Of a stretch of 64,000 nucleotides of DNA, positions 17,769 to 28,739 are shown piece after piece. This stretch comes from Dehalococcoidia bacterium. GTDB lineage: Bacteria; Chloroflexota; Dehalococcoidia; GIF9; AB-539-J10. The notes under the pieces were generated by a model. That model had not been told where the DNA came from. It searched no databases and saw only the letters and a program-made list of their open reading frames with translations. The position numbers were made by a program, and so were the translations under genes. The stretch spans positions 11,039 through 75,038 of the forward strand of contig DAOUMA010000008.1 in NCBI GenBank assembly GCA_034414555.1. The letters run 5' to 3'. Position 1 is the first letter of the stretch. Every line of letters begins with the position of its first letter.

Positions 17769-19882
17769 CTTTCCCCCTTTGGTGGGGGAGTTCGCCCCAA
17801 GCCTTCCTGCTGCAACATATCCATAAGACGGGCAGCTCTGGGATAACCAATGCGAAGACGGCGTTGCAAGAATGAAACAGAGATATGTTCATACTCCTTC
17901 GCCATCTGCCTCGCTTCTTCCAAAAGGGGATCCTCATACATAGCAGCCTTTTCACCCGGAGAAGGTAGTCGTCCCATTTCACCAAAGTTGATAAGGCTTG
18001 TCCCTGACCGGCGTTGATTCCCCCAAAAGTAAACCAATCTTTCAATTTCAGAATCAGAAACGAATGTTCCTTGAAGCCGTTTGGGCTTGCTAGCCTCGGT
18101 AGGCATATAAAGCATATCGCCGCTGCCAAGCAGCTTCTCAGCTCCTACCATATCAAGAATAGTACGTGAATCAACCTGTGAAGTAAGTGCAAAGCTAATT
18201 CGAGTGGGGAAGTTAGCTTTAATAAGTCCGGTAATTACATCAACGGAGGGACGTTGTGTGGCTACAACAAGGTGTATGCCAGTAGCTCGAGCTAGTTGAG
18301 CCAAGCGGCAAAGACCACGCTCCACCTCATCAAAAGCCGCCATCATTAGATCAGCCAGCTCATCAATGATAACTATTAAATATGGCAGCGCCTCTTCAGG
18401 CGAACGGTCTTTATTATAACCCTCGATGTTGCGCACCCCCGCCTGAGCAAACTGACGATATCTCCTATCCATTTCTTCATTAAGCCACCTCAATCCCTTC
18501 AAGGCCATGTCGTTATCGACAATTACCGGCGCAACCAAGTTAGGTACTGCATTAAAAACCACCAACTCCACCCTTTTGGGGTCAATCATGATAAAACGGA
18601 CATCATCAGGGCTATCATGTAACAGCAAGCAACAAATAACGGAATTTAAACAAACAGTCTTACCACTACCGGTAGCACCCGCAATGAGTAAATGAGGCAT
18701 TTTAGCTAGGTCAGCCACAACTGCTTCACCACCAGCACCTTTCCCCAGAGCAACAGCTAGCTTCGACTTAGCTTTCATCTTTTGAAAAGCTGCGGTCTCT
18801 ATCACATTACGAAGGGAAACCACCCCAAACACGGTATTGGGAACCTCAATGCCCACCATTGATTTTCCAGGAACAGGAGCTTCAACCCTGACGCTGGAAG
18901 CGGCTAAAGCCAATGCCAGGTCGTTAGCCAGAGAAGCTATCCTCTCCACTCTGACTCTAGTCCGCGCTACCTCCCTTCCATCTTTATACTTCCGGTCCCA
19001 GCCTGGCTCAACGCCAAACTGTGTTACTGTAGGTCCGATATTTGTTTGCACCACCTTAGCCTCCACCCCATAGCTAGCTAAAGCTTCTTCAATTAACTGA
19101 GCTCGCCTACTGACATCCTCCGGGGACAACACCATTTCCACTGGTTTATCCAGAATCTCAATCGGGGGAAGCTGCCAACCACCAGGGGTAATAATAGGTT
19201 CGTGCTCCCTTATCAGCTGCTCTACCTGTCCTGTTTGTTTTACTTCAGGAATCTCAATATGCCCGGGTTCAGCAGGAGCAGTTTCAGCAGGGACACCCGG
19301 AGTTATGATAGCCCGAGGGCGACGACCTTGAGCCCGAATACTTCGAAAGGCACGCCGACAATACGAGCCAATAACAACTACCGCATGCCAAACTTTACGG
19401 GGAATTATGAAAATGACCCCCAGAAGGACAAGCCCTATTACTCTTAAAACACCTACAACGCCGGGAGCGCCGGCAATGCTCTGACCAATTTTGCCCCCCA
19501 ATGTAGCCTGGCTTAGAACGCCGCTACCAGTGCTGAAAAAAGAAAGTGCTCCCCAAATAGCCATGGCAAGAATAGTCCCTCCCACAAACCAATTCCATCG
19601 CCTCGTTAGAAGAGGGAAATGCCGTCCCATCACCAGCCAGACTAGAAGGCCCACTGCGATGGCTATCAGGACCAGCCCAAGCCCAAACAAGCCAAGTATA
19701 CCAGCTCCTGCCTCGACTAAAATGGGATAAAACAGATAAAGCAACCCCACTATGACAAGAATTAATATGAACCTCCATACTAAAGGCCTGGCAAGGAAAC
19801 CCAGAAATCGCCTCACTGCTGATTGGCTCCCTGTTTTCTTCCGCCTTAATTTAGGAGTTGCTTTATGTTTTACACTGGACAT
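17765..19882 (-). CDS. ftsK: DNA translocase FtsK/SpoIIIE
   Basis: N-terminal multi-TM segment. Walker A HLLIAGATGSGKTVCLN. C-terminal winged-helix gamma domain (SVSFLQRRLRIGYPRAARLMDMLQQEGL). Confidence 0.9.
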   Translation of the reverse strand: MSSVKHKATPKLRRKKTGSQSAVRRFLGFLARPLVWRFILILVIVGLLYLFYPILVEAGAGILGLFGLGLVLIAIAVGLLVWLVMGRHFPLLTRRWNWFVGGTILAMAIWGALSFFSTGSGVLSQATLGGKIGQSIAGAPGVVGVLRVIGLVLLGVIFIIPRKVWHAVVVIGSYCRRAFRSIRAQGRRPRAIITPGVPAETAPAEPGHIEIPEVKQTGQVEQLIREHEPIITPGGWQLPPIEILDKPVEMVLSPEDVSRRAQLIEEALASYGVEAKVVQTNIGPTVTQFGVEPGWDRKYKDGREVARTRVRVERIASLANDLALALAASSVRVEAPVPGKSMVGIEVPNTVFGVVSLRNVIETAAFQKMKAKSKLAVALGKGAGGEAVVADLAKMPHLLIAGATGSGKTVCLNSVICCLLLHDSPDDVRFIMIDPKRVELVVFNAVPNLVAPVIVDNDMALKGLRWLNEEMDRRYRQFAQAGVRNIEGYNKDRSPEEALPYLIVIIDELADLMMAAFDEVERGLCRLAQLARATGIHLVVATQRPSVDVITGLIKANFPTRISFALTSQVDSRTILDMVGAEKLLGSGDMLYMPTEASKPKRLQGTFVSDSEIERLVYFWGNQRRSGTSLINFGEMGRLPSPGEKAAMYEDPLLEEARQMAKEYEHISVSFLQRRLRIGYPRAARLMDMLQQEGLGRTPPPKGES

Positions 19883-19891
19883 GGGACAAAG

Positions 19892-21550
19892 CTATACCTC
19901 CAACGTTACCGGAATGATTATAGGGTGGCGACGAGTTCGCTTATAGAAGAAATCCGCCAGGAGAGTCTTGACCTTGGTATCTACGGCACGAGGGTCAGAT
20001 AAACATTTTGGGGCATTTTTTAAGCCTGCTATTACTGCACCCCGACTTTGTTCAATTAGTTTCTGCCCATCCTTACTATCAACAACCCCCCGACTTAGAA
20101 CTTCGGGTTTTCCTACTAATCTGCCACCTTTAACATTAATGACAGTCACTACCACTACAACTCCATCTTGAGAAAGCTGCTTTCGGTCACGAAATACAGC
20201 ACTATCCAGGGCATATGTCTTTGAACCAACCACATAAATATCCTTTAACGGCGTCTTGTCCACAATCGCTCCTTTATCCTTCCCTAACTCAAGCATATCG
20301 CCATCCTGAAGGATAAAGATATTATCCTTAGCTATACCTAAACTCTCCGCTAATTTAGCATGCAAGCTTAAATGGCGGTATTCGCCATGAATAGGGATAA
20401 AGAACTTAGGCTTAACCAGGGTAAGTAATAACTTCAATTCTTCTTGACCACCATGCCCATGGACATGAACTTGAGATAACTTGTCGTAAAACACATTGGC
20501 ATCTTGCCGAAAAAGGCTGTCGATGGTTCTATTAATCAACGCTTCATTGCCAGGAATAGGGGTTGCTGATATCACCACTGTGTCACCAGAGACAATCTGC
20601 ACCTGGTCATGGTCCCCATTAGCTATACGCACCAAAGCAGATGTAGGTTCACCTTGACTCCCAGTAGCTAGTATCACAACCTGATTGCGCGCCAAATATC
20701 TAAGCTCATCACTCTGGCAAAAAATGCCCGGAGGCGCAACAAGATAACCCGACTCTAATGCTATCCGCACTATTTCTTTCATACTTCTCCCGGTGATAAA
20801 CACACGACGATTGTGTTTAGCAGCAGCGTCGATTACCTGCTGCATGCGGGAAATAAGGGAAGCAAAGGTAGCTATAATTACTCTCCCTGAAGCTCCAGCA
20901 ATGATATTATCTAAAACATCGCTGACCACCTTTTCAGAAGGAGTATATCCCGGAAGCTCAACATAAGTAGAGTCGGAAAGAAGAAGCAAAACACCCTTCG
21001 CCCCCAATTGCGCCAGCCGACTAAGGTCAGTTGGCGTACCAATGACAGGGGTATAATCAATCTTGAAATCACCACTGTGGACTACAATGCCTAAAGGAGT
21101 ACCAATGATTAAACCCATAGCATCAGGAATACTATGACATACCGGAAAAAACTCTATGGTAAAGCTACCGAGGTTAATCTTATCCTCATAAGAAACTATA
21201 TTTACCTTGGATTTAATCTTTACACCGCGCTGTTTAAGTTCCGCAGAGAGCAATTTTTCAGTAAGTCGAGCAGTGTAAACAGGGCAATCAAGTTGCGGCA
21301 AGACATAAGGCAAAGCGCCAATATGGTCTTCATGCCCATGAGTAATAACCATCCCCCTTATGCTCTGCTGCCTCTTTAGAAGATAGCTGGTGTCAGGGAT
21401 GAGAAAGTCGGCCCCGAGCATTTCCGCATCAGGAAACATAAGACCGGCATCAATGACAATAATATCATTGTCATATGCCAAAGCCATCATGTTTTTGCCG
21501 ATCTCTCCCAGCCCACCTAAGGGAATTATACTCAGTCTCCCCTGTGTCAT
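19892..21550 (-). CDS. rnj: Ribonuclease J (metallo-beta-lactamase/beta-CASP)
   Basis: IIPLGGLGEIGKNMMALAY N-terminus, HGHEDHIGALP zinc motif and beta-CASP plus C-terminal domain at 552 aa. Confidence 0.9.
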   Translation of the reverse strand: MTQGRLSIIPLGGLGEIGKNMMALAYDNDIIVIDAGLMFPDAEMLGADFLIPDTSYLLKRQQSIRGMVITHGHEDHIGALPYVLPQLDCPVYTARLTEKLLSAELKQRGVKIKSKVNIVSYEDKINLGSFTIEFFPVCHSIPDAMGLIIGTPLGIVVHSGDFKIDYTPVIGTPTDLSRLAQLGAKGVLLLLSDSTYVELPGYTPSEKVVSDVLDNIIAGASGRVIIATFASLISRMQQVIDAAAKHNRRVFITGRSMKEIVRIALESGYLVAPPGIFCQSDELRYLARNQVVILATGSQGEPTSALVRIANGDHDQVQIVSGDTVVISATPIPGNEALINRTIDSLFRQDANVFYDKLSQVHVHGHGGQEELKLLLTLVKPKFFIPIHGEYRHLSLHAKLAESLGIAKDNIFILQDGDMLELGKDKGAIVDKTPLKDIYVVGSKTYALDSAVFRDRKQLSQDGVVVVVTVINVKGGRLVGKPEVLSRGVVDSKDGQKLIEQSRGAVIAGLKNAPKCLSDPRAVDTKVKTLLADFFYKRTRRHPIIIPVTLEV

Positions 21551-21559
21551 TATTTTAGC

Positions 21560-22153
21560 CTAGAACAATTCTAACTGCCGCACACCAACTTCCTCAGGTA
21601 TCTTCTCCCGTTGAGTCAGTATTTGCGGAATCCGAAGCATGTCCTCCTGGATAATTTTGCGTAGACTTCCTTGATGGAGAGCAGCAGCGGGGTGATACAT
21701 AGGGTAATAAATAATATCATTCTGTTTCCGCGGCTTTCCATGAATTTTACCTATGCTTTCCCCGGGAAAATACCTGGCCAAGGAATAACGCCCTAGAGTG
21801 ATAATCACTCTAGGGTGGATTATTTCCACCTGATGGTCAAGCCATTTGGAGCAAGCTTGTATTTCAGCGGGTAAAGGGTCACGGTTTTGTGGGGGACGGC
21901 ACTTAATTACATTGGCAATGTAAACCTGCTCACGCCGCAATCCAATCGAGGCTAACAGCTGGTCTAAAAATCCCCCCGCTGCCCCGACAAAAGGGCGCCC
22001 CTGCTGGTCTTCATTCCAGCCAGGTGCCTCACCAATAAAAAGCAAATCAGCATCCTCAGGACCTTCACCGGGCACTACTTTATTGCGATGCTTAGCTAAT
22101 TCACAATCCTGACAACTGGCAATCTGCCGATAAAGTTCAGTTAACGCTGACAT
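21560..22153 (-). CDS. udg: Uracil-DNA glycosylase, family 4
   Basis: CQDCELAKHRNKVV Fe-S Cys motif. GEAPGWNEDQQGRPFVGAAG active-site motif. Confidence 0.8.
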   Translation of the reverse strand: MSALTELYRQIASCQDCELAKHRNKVVPGEGPEDADLLFIGEAPGWNEDQQGRPFVGAAGGFLDQLLASIGLRREQVYIANVIKCRPPQNRDPLPAEIQACSKWLDHQVEIIHPRVIITLGRYSLARYFPGESIGKIHGKPRKQNDIIYYPMYHPAAALHQGSLRKIIQEDMLRIPQILTQREKIPEEVGVRQLELF

Positions 22154-22206
22154 CTAAATTTGAGGATAGCATAATCATGAGCCGTTTATAAAGAGCAAAA
22201 AACACC

Positions 22207-22995
22207 TTACTCCTCCTCTTCACCTTCATCTTGCTCCCAAATAGGCTCAGTGAAGCGGTCAATAAATTCAGCAGTAGCTATCTTGATCACTTCCCCCATC
22301 TCCGCCTTCGATTGTTCAGCCATATCGCTAAGCTCAGTCAACTCAATATCAATCCCCAACATCTTGGTTAAAACTTTGAGCACAGCATAGGATGCCCCGG
22401 GATTTGCTATCTGAATAGCATATGCTGGCACCTCCCCTAACAAACAAACACCTTCAATATCACGCTCTTTAGCCATTCCCAAAAATAAGCCATTTAATCC
22501 GGCAATGCGAAGGTTACCCCTAAAAACAACATCGTATTTCTGTAACTCTTTAATTAGCCCACGTTTTGTAGCTACCGCCCAGACTTTCGAATCCTCACTG
22601 TGATGAATCCGCGTTACTGCAGCAGCACAGCTATACACCCTTTTTACCTTGAATTTCCGGGCAACATCTAGAACACAAGATAGTAACTCATATCCCTTGG
22701 AACTGGGTTGTTCTTCACCAATGAATATTATCAGCCCCTTCTTAGCTTTACTCTCCTGCCAGTAATAAAACTTGCTTTCCGGGAAACGTGGTTTTTCAAT
22801 CACATTATCCTTAACCGCAACGCCAACAGGCTCAAAAAAGTTGACCGGGTCTATCTCCCCTATTTCCTCTGCATTCAGCTTCTCCTTTAAATATTGAGCA
22901 ACTATTAACGAGACATTGCCTATGCCAGGCCATGAAGCAAGCATGAAGCAGCTTTTGGGATGGGGTTCCTTGTAAAGCTTTAATATACCCTTCAT
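22207..22995 (-). CDS. PAC2 (proteasome-assembly-chaperone-like) family protein
   Basis: LASWPGIGNVSLIVAQYLKEKLNAEEIGEI pattern typical of the PAC2/DUF75 family, with an acidic C-terminal tail. Start at MKGIL forms an ATGA overlap with the pmbA stop. Confidence 0.45.
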   Translation of the reverse strand: MKGILKLYKEPHPKSCFMLASWPGIGNVSLIVAQYLKEKLNAEEIGEIDPVNFFEPVGVAVKDNVIEKPRFPESKFYYWQESKAKKGLIIFIGEEQPSSKGYELLSCVLDVARKFKVKRVYSCAAAVTRIHHSEDSKVWAVATKRGLIKELQKYDVVFRGNLRIAGLNGLFLGMAKERDIEGVCLLGEVPAYAIQIANPGASYAVLKVLTKMLGIDIELTELSDMAEQSKAEMGEVIKIATAEFIDRFTEPIWEQDEGEEEE

Positions 22996-24299
22996 TTTCT
23001 CGTTACCACAGATAAGCGGGGACAATACAAATGAGGAACAAGAAAAATTCCATCAACCCATCTTGCCTCGTTTCCAACACCAATGATTTCTTTTAACACC
23101 TGGTAAACATTTCCCGAAACCATGGTATCCTTCACTCGTCCCACTATGTTGCCATCCGCCACTTTATAGCCTAACAGGACATTACCACTAAAGTCACCAC
23201 TAAGCAAATTACCCTGTTCCGCACCCATAAGTTGCTCCACAATCAATCCATCTTTCATATCCTTCAACATATCTTCAAACCGATCCTCACCCGCCTCTAT
23301 TACCACTGAGCTTATGTTTGGAGCAGGAGGTCTATCGCCCAACCGCCTGCCACTGCCAGTGCTTTTTTTAACAGATAAAGCCGCTGTTTGCAAATCATAG
23401 AGAAAATTCGCTACTTCCCCTTTTGCAATCAGAGGTATTCGCTGGCTAGGTACACCTTCACCATCACAAGGACAGCTTCTGGGTCGATAAGGTAAAGTAG
23501 CATCGTCCCAGATAGTAAGCTTGCTATCAAAAACACGCTCTCCTAACTTATCCTTTAACCACGAAGTCCCTTCAAGGACTGCCTTACCACTAAAAGCAAG
23601 CATCAGCGGAGCTAACAAAACACTGGCTACGCCGCGAGGAGTAAAGATAATTGGTAGTTGTTTAGTGGATGTAGCAGCCTTACTTTTAGCTAGCTCTAAC
23701 TGTGTGATTATCCTGTTTGCCAGAATATCAATGTCCGTGAAAAAACGACATGACCTATCACTATCCCCAACAAAAAGCATATCAGTGCCGTTCATAAGCA
23801 CGCCTTCCAGGTTAATGCTGAACAAGCTCTTGTCCCATCTCGCTTCACCACGCTGAGAATTAACCAGGTGAACTGAGCTTACCCCCTTTGTCACCTCGAC
23901 ATCGCAGAGAAGCTCAGGAGTATGCTCCCTGACCTTGGCAATAAGTTGCTTGCCAAGCTCAACCATCTGTTCCATGGTGAGGATTGGTATTTCAGAGTCA
24001 AAAACAGCCACTTCAGGATAATCACTTAATGAGGGAAACTCAAAGTTAGCTGAAGGTCCAAAAGGTGCTGTTTCCACCGCCATGTCAATTAAGTTATTCA
24101 CATCATCCACGCCGCGACCAAAGGCGAAACCAACCCTACCGCCCTTAAAAATTCGCAGGGCAACGCTGCTACTTTCTTTAGATTGAATTTGCTTCAACCG
24201 ATTAGCTTCAAAATTAACTGGTACTATTTGAGTTGAAACCTCAAAAATTTCTGCTTGCTCGGCCTTCCCTTTAATAGCGTCAAGCACCCTTTCCATCAT
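22992..24299 (-). CDS. pmbA: TldE/PmbA family metalloprotease component
   Basis: 435-aa TldD/PmbA-family architecture without the HExxxH motif, immediately downstream of tldD. Confidence 0.75.
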   Translation of the reverse strand: MMERVLDAIKGKAEQAEIFEVSTQIVPVNFEANRLKQIQSKESSSVALRIFKGGRVGFAFGRGVDDVNNLIDMAVETAPFGPSANFEFPSLSDYPEVAVFDSEIPILTMEQMVELGKQLIAKVREHTPELLCDVEVTKGVSSVHLVNSQRGEARWDKSLFSINLEGVLMNGTDMLFVGDSDRSCRFFTDIDILANRIITQLELAKSKAATSTKQLPIIFTPRGVASVLLAPLMLAFSGKAVLEGTSWLKDKLGERVFDSKLTIWDDATLPYRPRSCPCDGEGVPSQRIPLIAKGEVANFLYDLQTAALSVKKSTGSGRRLGDRPPAPNISSVVIEAGEDRFEDMLKDMKDGLIVEQLMGAEQGNLLSGDFSGNVLLGYKVADGNIVGRVKDTMVSGNVYQVLKEIIGVGNEARWVDGIFLVPHLYCPRLSVVTRK

Positions 24300-25654
24300 C
24301 TACCCCCAATTACGCAATGACGAATCCTGATATGTGGACTGCCATTAGAAACAGGGAGCGGAGATTGCCCTCCCTTACCACAACCACCACCTTGATTCAT
24401 ATCTAAATCACTGCCAATAGCATCTATGTTACCCAAGGTAACAAAAACATTGCCAGTTAATACCACCGGGCGTAGCAATTCTGCCAATTTCCCATCACGA
24501 ATAATGTAAGCTTCACCTGCGGAGAAGGTGAACATCTCCAGGCTGGTTGTTCCCCCATACCAATCCCTGACGTAAACCCCGTCTTTGATTTCACCAAGCA
24601 TTTCCTCAAAAGATGTGCCCCCAGACTCAATGAAGGTATTGGTCATTCGCACTATAGGCGGGAAGAGATAATTAATGGCACGAGCATTCCCGGTTGGCTT
24701 TTCCCCCATTCTAGCCGCTGTCTCCCTAGAATGAAGCCTTCCCACCAGGACACCTTCATGAATAAGATAAGTCTTCGTAGCTGGCATTCCCTCATCATCA
24801 TATCTATAGCTTCCTCGCAGACCAGGGATGGTAGCATCATCAACGATATTAAGGTGCTTGCCGCCAAACCTTTTCCCCAGCACCATGACCTGTCGCAATG
24901 GCTCGTTCTGATAAACAAAATCTGCCTCAGATAAATGCCCGAAAGCTTCGTGAGCAAAAACACCTGCTATAATAGGGTCTAAAACGACGGTGTATTCACC
25001 ACCCTTTACCTGAGGAGCGTGGAGAAGCGCAGCAGCACGCTTAGCTACTTCCTTCACTTCGTCGTGCAAGCTCTCTATCGCAGAAAAATCACCAACACTG
25101 CCCAAGCTCAACCCTGCTTGCTGGATTTCACCATTCCTTCGTGCTATAGCAGTCACCCGTAAAGTCAAGTCTGGCTTATCTTGCTCGATATAACTCCCCT
25201 CGGAATTAGCAAAAATAACCTTGCGGTTGACATCCTGATAGCCAATTCTCGAATCCTGAATCTGCGGTGAAGTAAGCATAATATCATTGTATTCATCAAA
25301 GAGTTGCTTCTTCTTCACCAATGGCGTGTCAGCAGCGTTGTCCTTTACCGGCACCTCCACAATATCCATTACGGGCTCCCTGAAAGGAAGGGCAAATCCT
25401 TCTCCACAGGCTAACTTTGCCTGCTTTACTGCCAATTCAACATAATCATCCAATTTATCACCAGAATTAAAACAGGCAAATCCCCAACCTCCCTTGACTA
25501 AAGCTCTAATATTGCCGCCAGAGCTATAAGTCCGGCTTACTTCCTCCAGCTTCCCACCCCGGTAGCTAATCTGAGTGGTTTGGTTTTGTTCAAATCGAAT
25601 CTCTGCATAGTCAGCATTGCACTTAGATAAAATATCAGTAAATCGCTCACGCAT
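24296..25654 (-). CDS. tldD: TldD family metalloprotease
   Basis: AHEAFGHLSEADF zinc motif (HExxxH). Start placed at MRERFTD (AAGGGAAG RBS 8 nt upstream) rather than the 25729 extension. Confidence 0.8.
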   Translation of the reverse strand: MRERFTDILSKCNADYAEIRFEQNQTTQISYRGGKLEEVSRTYSSGGNIRALVKGGWGFACFNSGDKLDDYVELAVKQAKLACGEGFALPFREPVMDIVEVPVKDNAADTPLVKKKQLFDEYNDIMLTSPQIQDSRIGYQDVNRKVIFANSEGSYIEQDKPDLTLRVTAIARRNGEIQQAGLSLGSVGDFSAIESLHDEVKEVAKRAAALLHAPQVKGGEYTVVLDPIIAGVFAHEAFGHLSEADFVYQNEPLRQVMVLGKRFGGKHLNIVDDATIPGLRGSYRYDDEGMPATKTYLIHEGVLVGRLHSRETAARMGEKPTGNARAINYLFPPIVRMTNTFIESGGTSFEEMLGEIKDGVYVRDWYGGTTSLEMFTFSAGEAYIIRDGKLAELLRPVVLTGNVFVTLGNIDAIGSDLDMNQGGGCGKGGQSPLPVSNGSPHIRIRHCVIGGR

Positions 25655-25758
25655 TAGCTTGCTTCCCTTGCATGGACAAAGTGGATTTTTAACCATCAAT
25701 ATTATATACTCTAGTTTGATTACTCCCAAAATAACAAACGGATTAAGGAGGGTTATAG

Positions 25759-26031
25759 ATGAGGTCGAGTCTTATCGGTAAGATTGAAAAAGCCAAGATT
25801 TATGCTCAGCAACCGGAGAGGGTGACCTTTTCCGCTCTTTCGGTTGATTTTCATGGCGGGCATAATACCCATAAAGTAGATTACAGTGATGGGAAATGGC
25901 ATTGTTCCTGCGATTTCTTCTCCCAGTGGGAAACATGCAGCCATGTTATGGCACTACAGCAAATGCTATCCAAAATGCTACCGCAAGAAGCCCTCACTTC
26001 TCCTAGTTTGACTCAATCCACACAGCATTAA
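25759..26031 (+). CDS. SWIM zinc-finger domain small protein
   Basis: CSCDFFSQWETCSHVMAL matches the SWIM CxCxnCxH signature. AAGGAGGG RBS. Confidence 0.45.
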   Translation: MRSSLIGKIEKAKIYAQQPERVTFSALSVDFHGGHNTHKVDYSDGKWHCSCDFFSQWETCSHVMALQQMLSKMLPQEALTSPSLTQSTQH

Positions 26032-27362
26032 CTAGCCTTCACCAGATATTTAGTGGCGTAATCCAAGGCTTCGGCTACTACAAATAGAGAGCCAGTAGCC
26101 ACGATGAGGTCGTTATCATTTGCTATAGATAAAGCTAAATCGAGAGATTGAAAAACAGTTTCGACAATCTGCGGCTTAACGCCATATCCATCAAACTTAG
26201 CGGCTATAGTACTGGGAGAGGCGGCACGCAGATGGGAAGAGCGGGTGACAATAACCTGGGGTGAAAGGAGGGCTAATTCCCTCGCTATGCCGCTTATATC
26301 TTTATCCACCGAGGCACCAAAAATAATAAAAAGCCGCTCATAGTGGAAATACCCTTTTATATTCCAGGCCAACCTCCTCATCGATGCTACATTATGAGCG
26401 CCGTCAACTAATATCAGTGGTTTATAATTCAAAATCTGAAATCTCCCCAGCCAGTCAACCTCCGCCATCCCTCGGACAATACTTTCGGGTGAGATATCAA
26501 AACCATGAGAACTCAAAACCTCTAACGCCGCTATAGCGGCGGAGGCATTCTCAACCTGGAAATCTCCGAGAAGCGGAATGGTAATGTGATAAACCCCTTT
26601 CCTCCCCTCAACTATAAATGATTGCTTATGAAGGTCATTGGTTACACTATGCCAGATAACGTCCTGGCCTACTTCAATCAATTCCACCCCTTGCTTCTGG
26701 CACACATCGTTCAATACCTTGGCTACCGCTCCAGTTTGTGGAGAACTGATAACAAAACAGCCAGGTTTAATGATACCAGCCTTTTCCAAAGCTATTTTAC
26801 TCAGACTGTTACCTAAAATTTCGGTGTGGTCCCGGCTGATGGCAGTGATAACGCAAACATCTGGCTTAACCACATTGGTAGCATCCAACCGGCCACCTAA
26901 TCCAACTTCCAATACTTGAAAATCCACCTGCTTACTTTGGAAATGGGTAAATGCCAGCACGGTCAACGCCTCAAAGTAGGTCAGGCTCCGGTAATCAGGA
27001 TTATGATTTATCAGCTCAATGTAAGGGTTAAGCGTGGTCACAAGAGAGGCAAATTCAGCTTCGGAGATTAAACTACCATTGACTCTAATCCGCTCTCTCA
27101 AAGTATGAAGGTGAGGTGAAGTATATAGCCCGGTGCTATAGCCTGAGACGGTCAAAACCTGGGCAATCATCGCCGCCACACTCCCCTTCCCCTTAGTACC
27201 AGCTATGTGTATTGCCTTGGCACATAAATGAGGGCTATCCAATAATTGCAACAGATATTCTACATGCTCCAGGTTGTAATCAGGCGAAGCGTAGGATATG
27301 CCCGGAATTCTTTCATAATTAACAAGGTGGGAAAGGTATTCTTCAGCCTGGCTATAATTCAT
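26028..27362 (-). CDS. folC: Bifunctional folylpolyglutamate synthase / dihydrofolate synthase
   Basis: Mur-ligase family P-loop HIAGTKGKGSV and FolC-length (444 aa) with a C-terminal Mur ligase domain. Confidence 0.85.
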   Translation of the reverse strand: MNYSQAEEYLSHLVNYERIPGISYASPDYNLEHVEYLLQLLDSPHLCAKAIHIAGTKGKGSVAAMIAQVLTVSGYSTGLYTSPHLHTLRERIRVNGSLISEAEFASLVTTLNPYIELINHNPDYRSLTYFEALTVLAFTHFQSKQVDFQVLEVGLGGRLDATNVVKPDVCVITAISRDHTEILGNSLSKIALEKAGIIKPGCFVISSPQTGAVAKVLNDVCQKQGVELIEVGQDVIWHSVTNDLHKQSFIVEGRKGVYHITIPLLGDFQVENASAAIAALEVLSSHGFDISPESIVRGMAEVDWLGRFQILNYKPLILVDGAHNVASMRRLAWNIKGYFHYERLFIIFGASVDKDISGIARELALLSPQVIVTRSSHLRAASPSTIAAKFDGYGVKPQIVETVFQSLDLALSIANDNDLIVATGSLFVVAEALDYATKYLVKAS

Positions 27363-27465
27363 TTATCCATAATACTAATTTATGGCACCAAAAATTAAAA
27401 CATTGACAGCTTGGAAAACAGCCTGATATAATCTCCAAGGCTACTTTGTGCACAGGAGGTGAATC

Positions 27466-27897
27466 GTGGCGGAGCAAGTCTTTTACGAGGATGTTGAAGT
27501 AGGTTCAGAGATCCCTTCCTTAGTTAAACAAACTACGAGACGGCAGTTAGTGCAGTGGGCTGGAGCATCAGGGGACTTCTATGAGATTCATTATAACAAG
27601 GATTTTGCTTTAGCGTCAGGATTACCCGATGTAATACTCCATGGTAGGCTCAAGTCTGCATACTTAGGACAAATGCTCACCGATTGGATTGGATTGGAAG
27701 GAAACTTAAAGAAATATAATGTTCGCTACCGGGGCATGGATTTCCCTGAGCAGGACCTAGCCTGTAAGGGAAAAGTAACCAAAAAATACGTCCAAGATAA
27801 GGAGCATCTCGTTGAACTTGATATCTGGACAGAGAATCCCAAGGGCGAAAAGACAATAATTGGCACAGCGGTGGTTAGTTTGCCAGCAAAAGGCTAA
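27466..27897 (+). CDS. MaoC-like (R)-specific dehydratase, hot-dog fold (C-terminal-type subunit)
   Basis: MaoC dehydratase pattern (..ASGDFYEIHYNKDFALASGLPDVILHGRL..). Confidence 0.7.
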   Translation: MAEQVFYEDVEVGSEIPSLVKQTTRRQLVQWAGASGDFYEIHYNKDFALASGLPDVILHGRLKSAYLGQMLTDWIGLEGNLKKYNVRYRGMDFPEQDLACKGKVTKKYVQDKEHLVELDIWTENPKGEKTIIGTAVVSLPAKG

Positions 27898-27927
27898 TTT
27901 TTTGCAAAAACACTAAAGGAGGAATTC

Positions 27928-28713
27928 ATGGGGAAACTAGATGGTCAGGTAGCAGTAATTACCGGCTCAGGAAGAGGAATCGGAAAGGCAACGGCAATGC
28001 TCTTTGCCCGGGAGGGAGCAAGTGTGATGGTAAATGATATTGACCCAGCTCCTTGTGAGGAAGCAGCAAACGAAATAAACAAAGCCTTTCCAGGAAAGGC
28101 AGCATGCTGTGTGGCTGACATAACCAAAGCAGAAGGTGCTCAAAAGTTAATGGACGCCGCTGTAGAGAAATTTGGCAAAATGGATATACTGATAAACAAT
28201 GCTGGAATTACCAGAGATGCTATGATTCACAAGATGACCGATGCCCAGTGGGACGTTTGTGTCAATATTTCTCTCAAAGGGGCGTTTAATTGCATCCGCG
28301 CGGCTTCTAAATACATGAGACATCCAAACCATAACGGCAGGATAGTCAACGTGTCTTCAGTAGCCGGTTTAATGGGCAACGTGGGACAGATTAACTACTC
28401 CAGCGCCAAGGCAGGGCTTATTGGCATGACTAAAACAGTCGCCAGAGAATGGGCATCCTTTGGCATAAGGTGCAATGTTGTTGCCTATGGAGTAGTGGAT
28501 ACCAGGCTAACCCGAGAGAAGGAAACAGGCGATATAGTTGAGGGAGAACAAGTAGGCATTCCCAAGAAGATCAGGGATATCATGATAGGAGCAATGGGCG
28601 GCAAGACATTAACACCTGAAGAAGCCGCAAAACCAATACTTTTCTTTGCTTCAGATGATTCAAACTTCATCACTGGTAATTTGCTAAACATTTCCGGTGG
28701 GGCTTATATGTAA
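27928..28713 (+). CDS. fabG: 3-oxoacyl-[ACP] reductase / SDR family oxidoreductase
   Basis: VAVITGSGRGIGKA Rossmann motif. YSSAKAG catalytic Y-x3-K. 261 aa. Confidence 0.8.
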   Translation: MGKLDGQVAVITGSGRGIGKATAMLFAREGASVMVNDIDPAPCEEAANEINKAFPGKAACCVADITKAEGAQKLMDAAVEKFGKMDILINNAGITRDAMIHKMTDAQWDVCVNISLKGAFNCIRAASKYMRHPNHNGRIVNVSSVAGLMGNVGQINYSSAKAGLIGMTKTVAREWASFGIRCNVVAYGVVDTRLTREKETGDIVEGEQVGIPKKIRDIMIGAMGGKTLTPEEAAKPILFFASDDSNFITGNLLNISGGAYM

Positions 28714-28739
28714 AGAATAGCAAACTTTGGAGGGAAGGA

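Noticed and set aside
22708-26919. Small ORFs 22708-22890+, 23521-23856+, 24652-24963-, 24731-24934+, 26622-26816+, 26638-26919+
   Set aside because: They are internal or antisense to the PAC2, pmbA, tldD and folC genes. No motifs or RBS.
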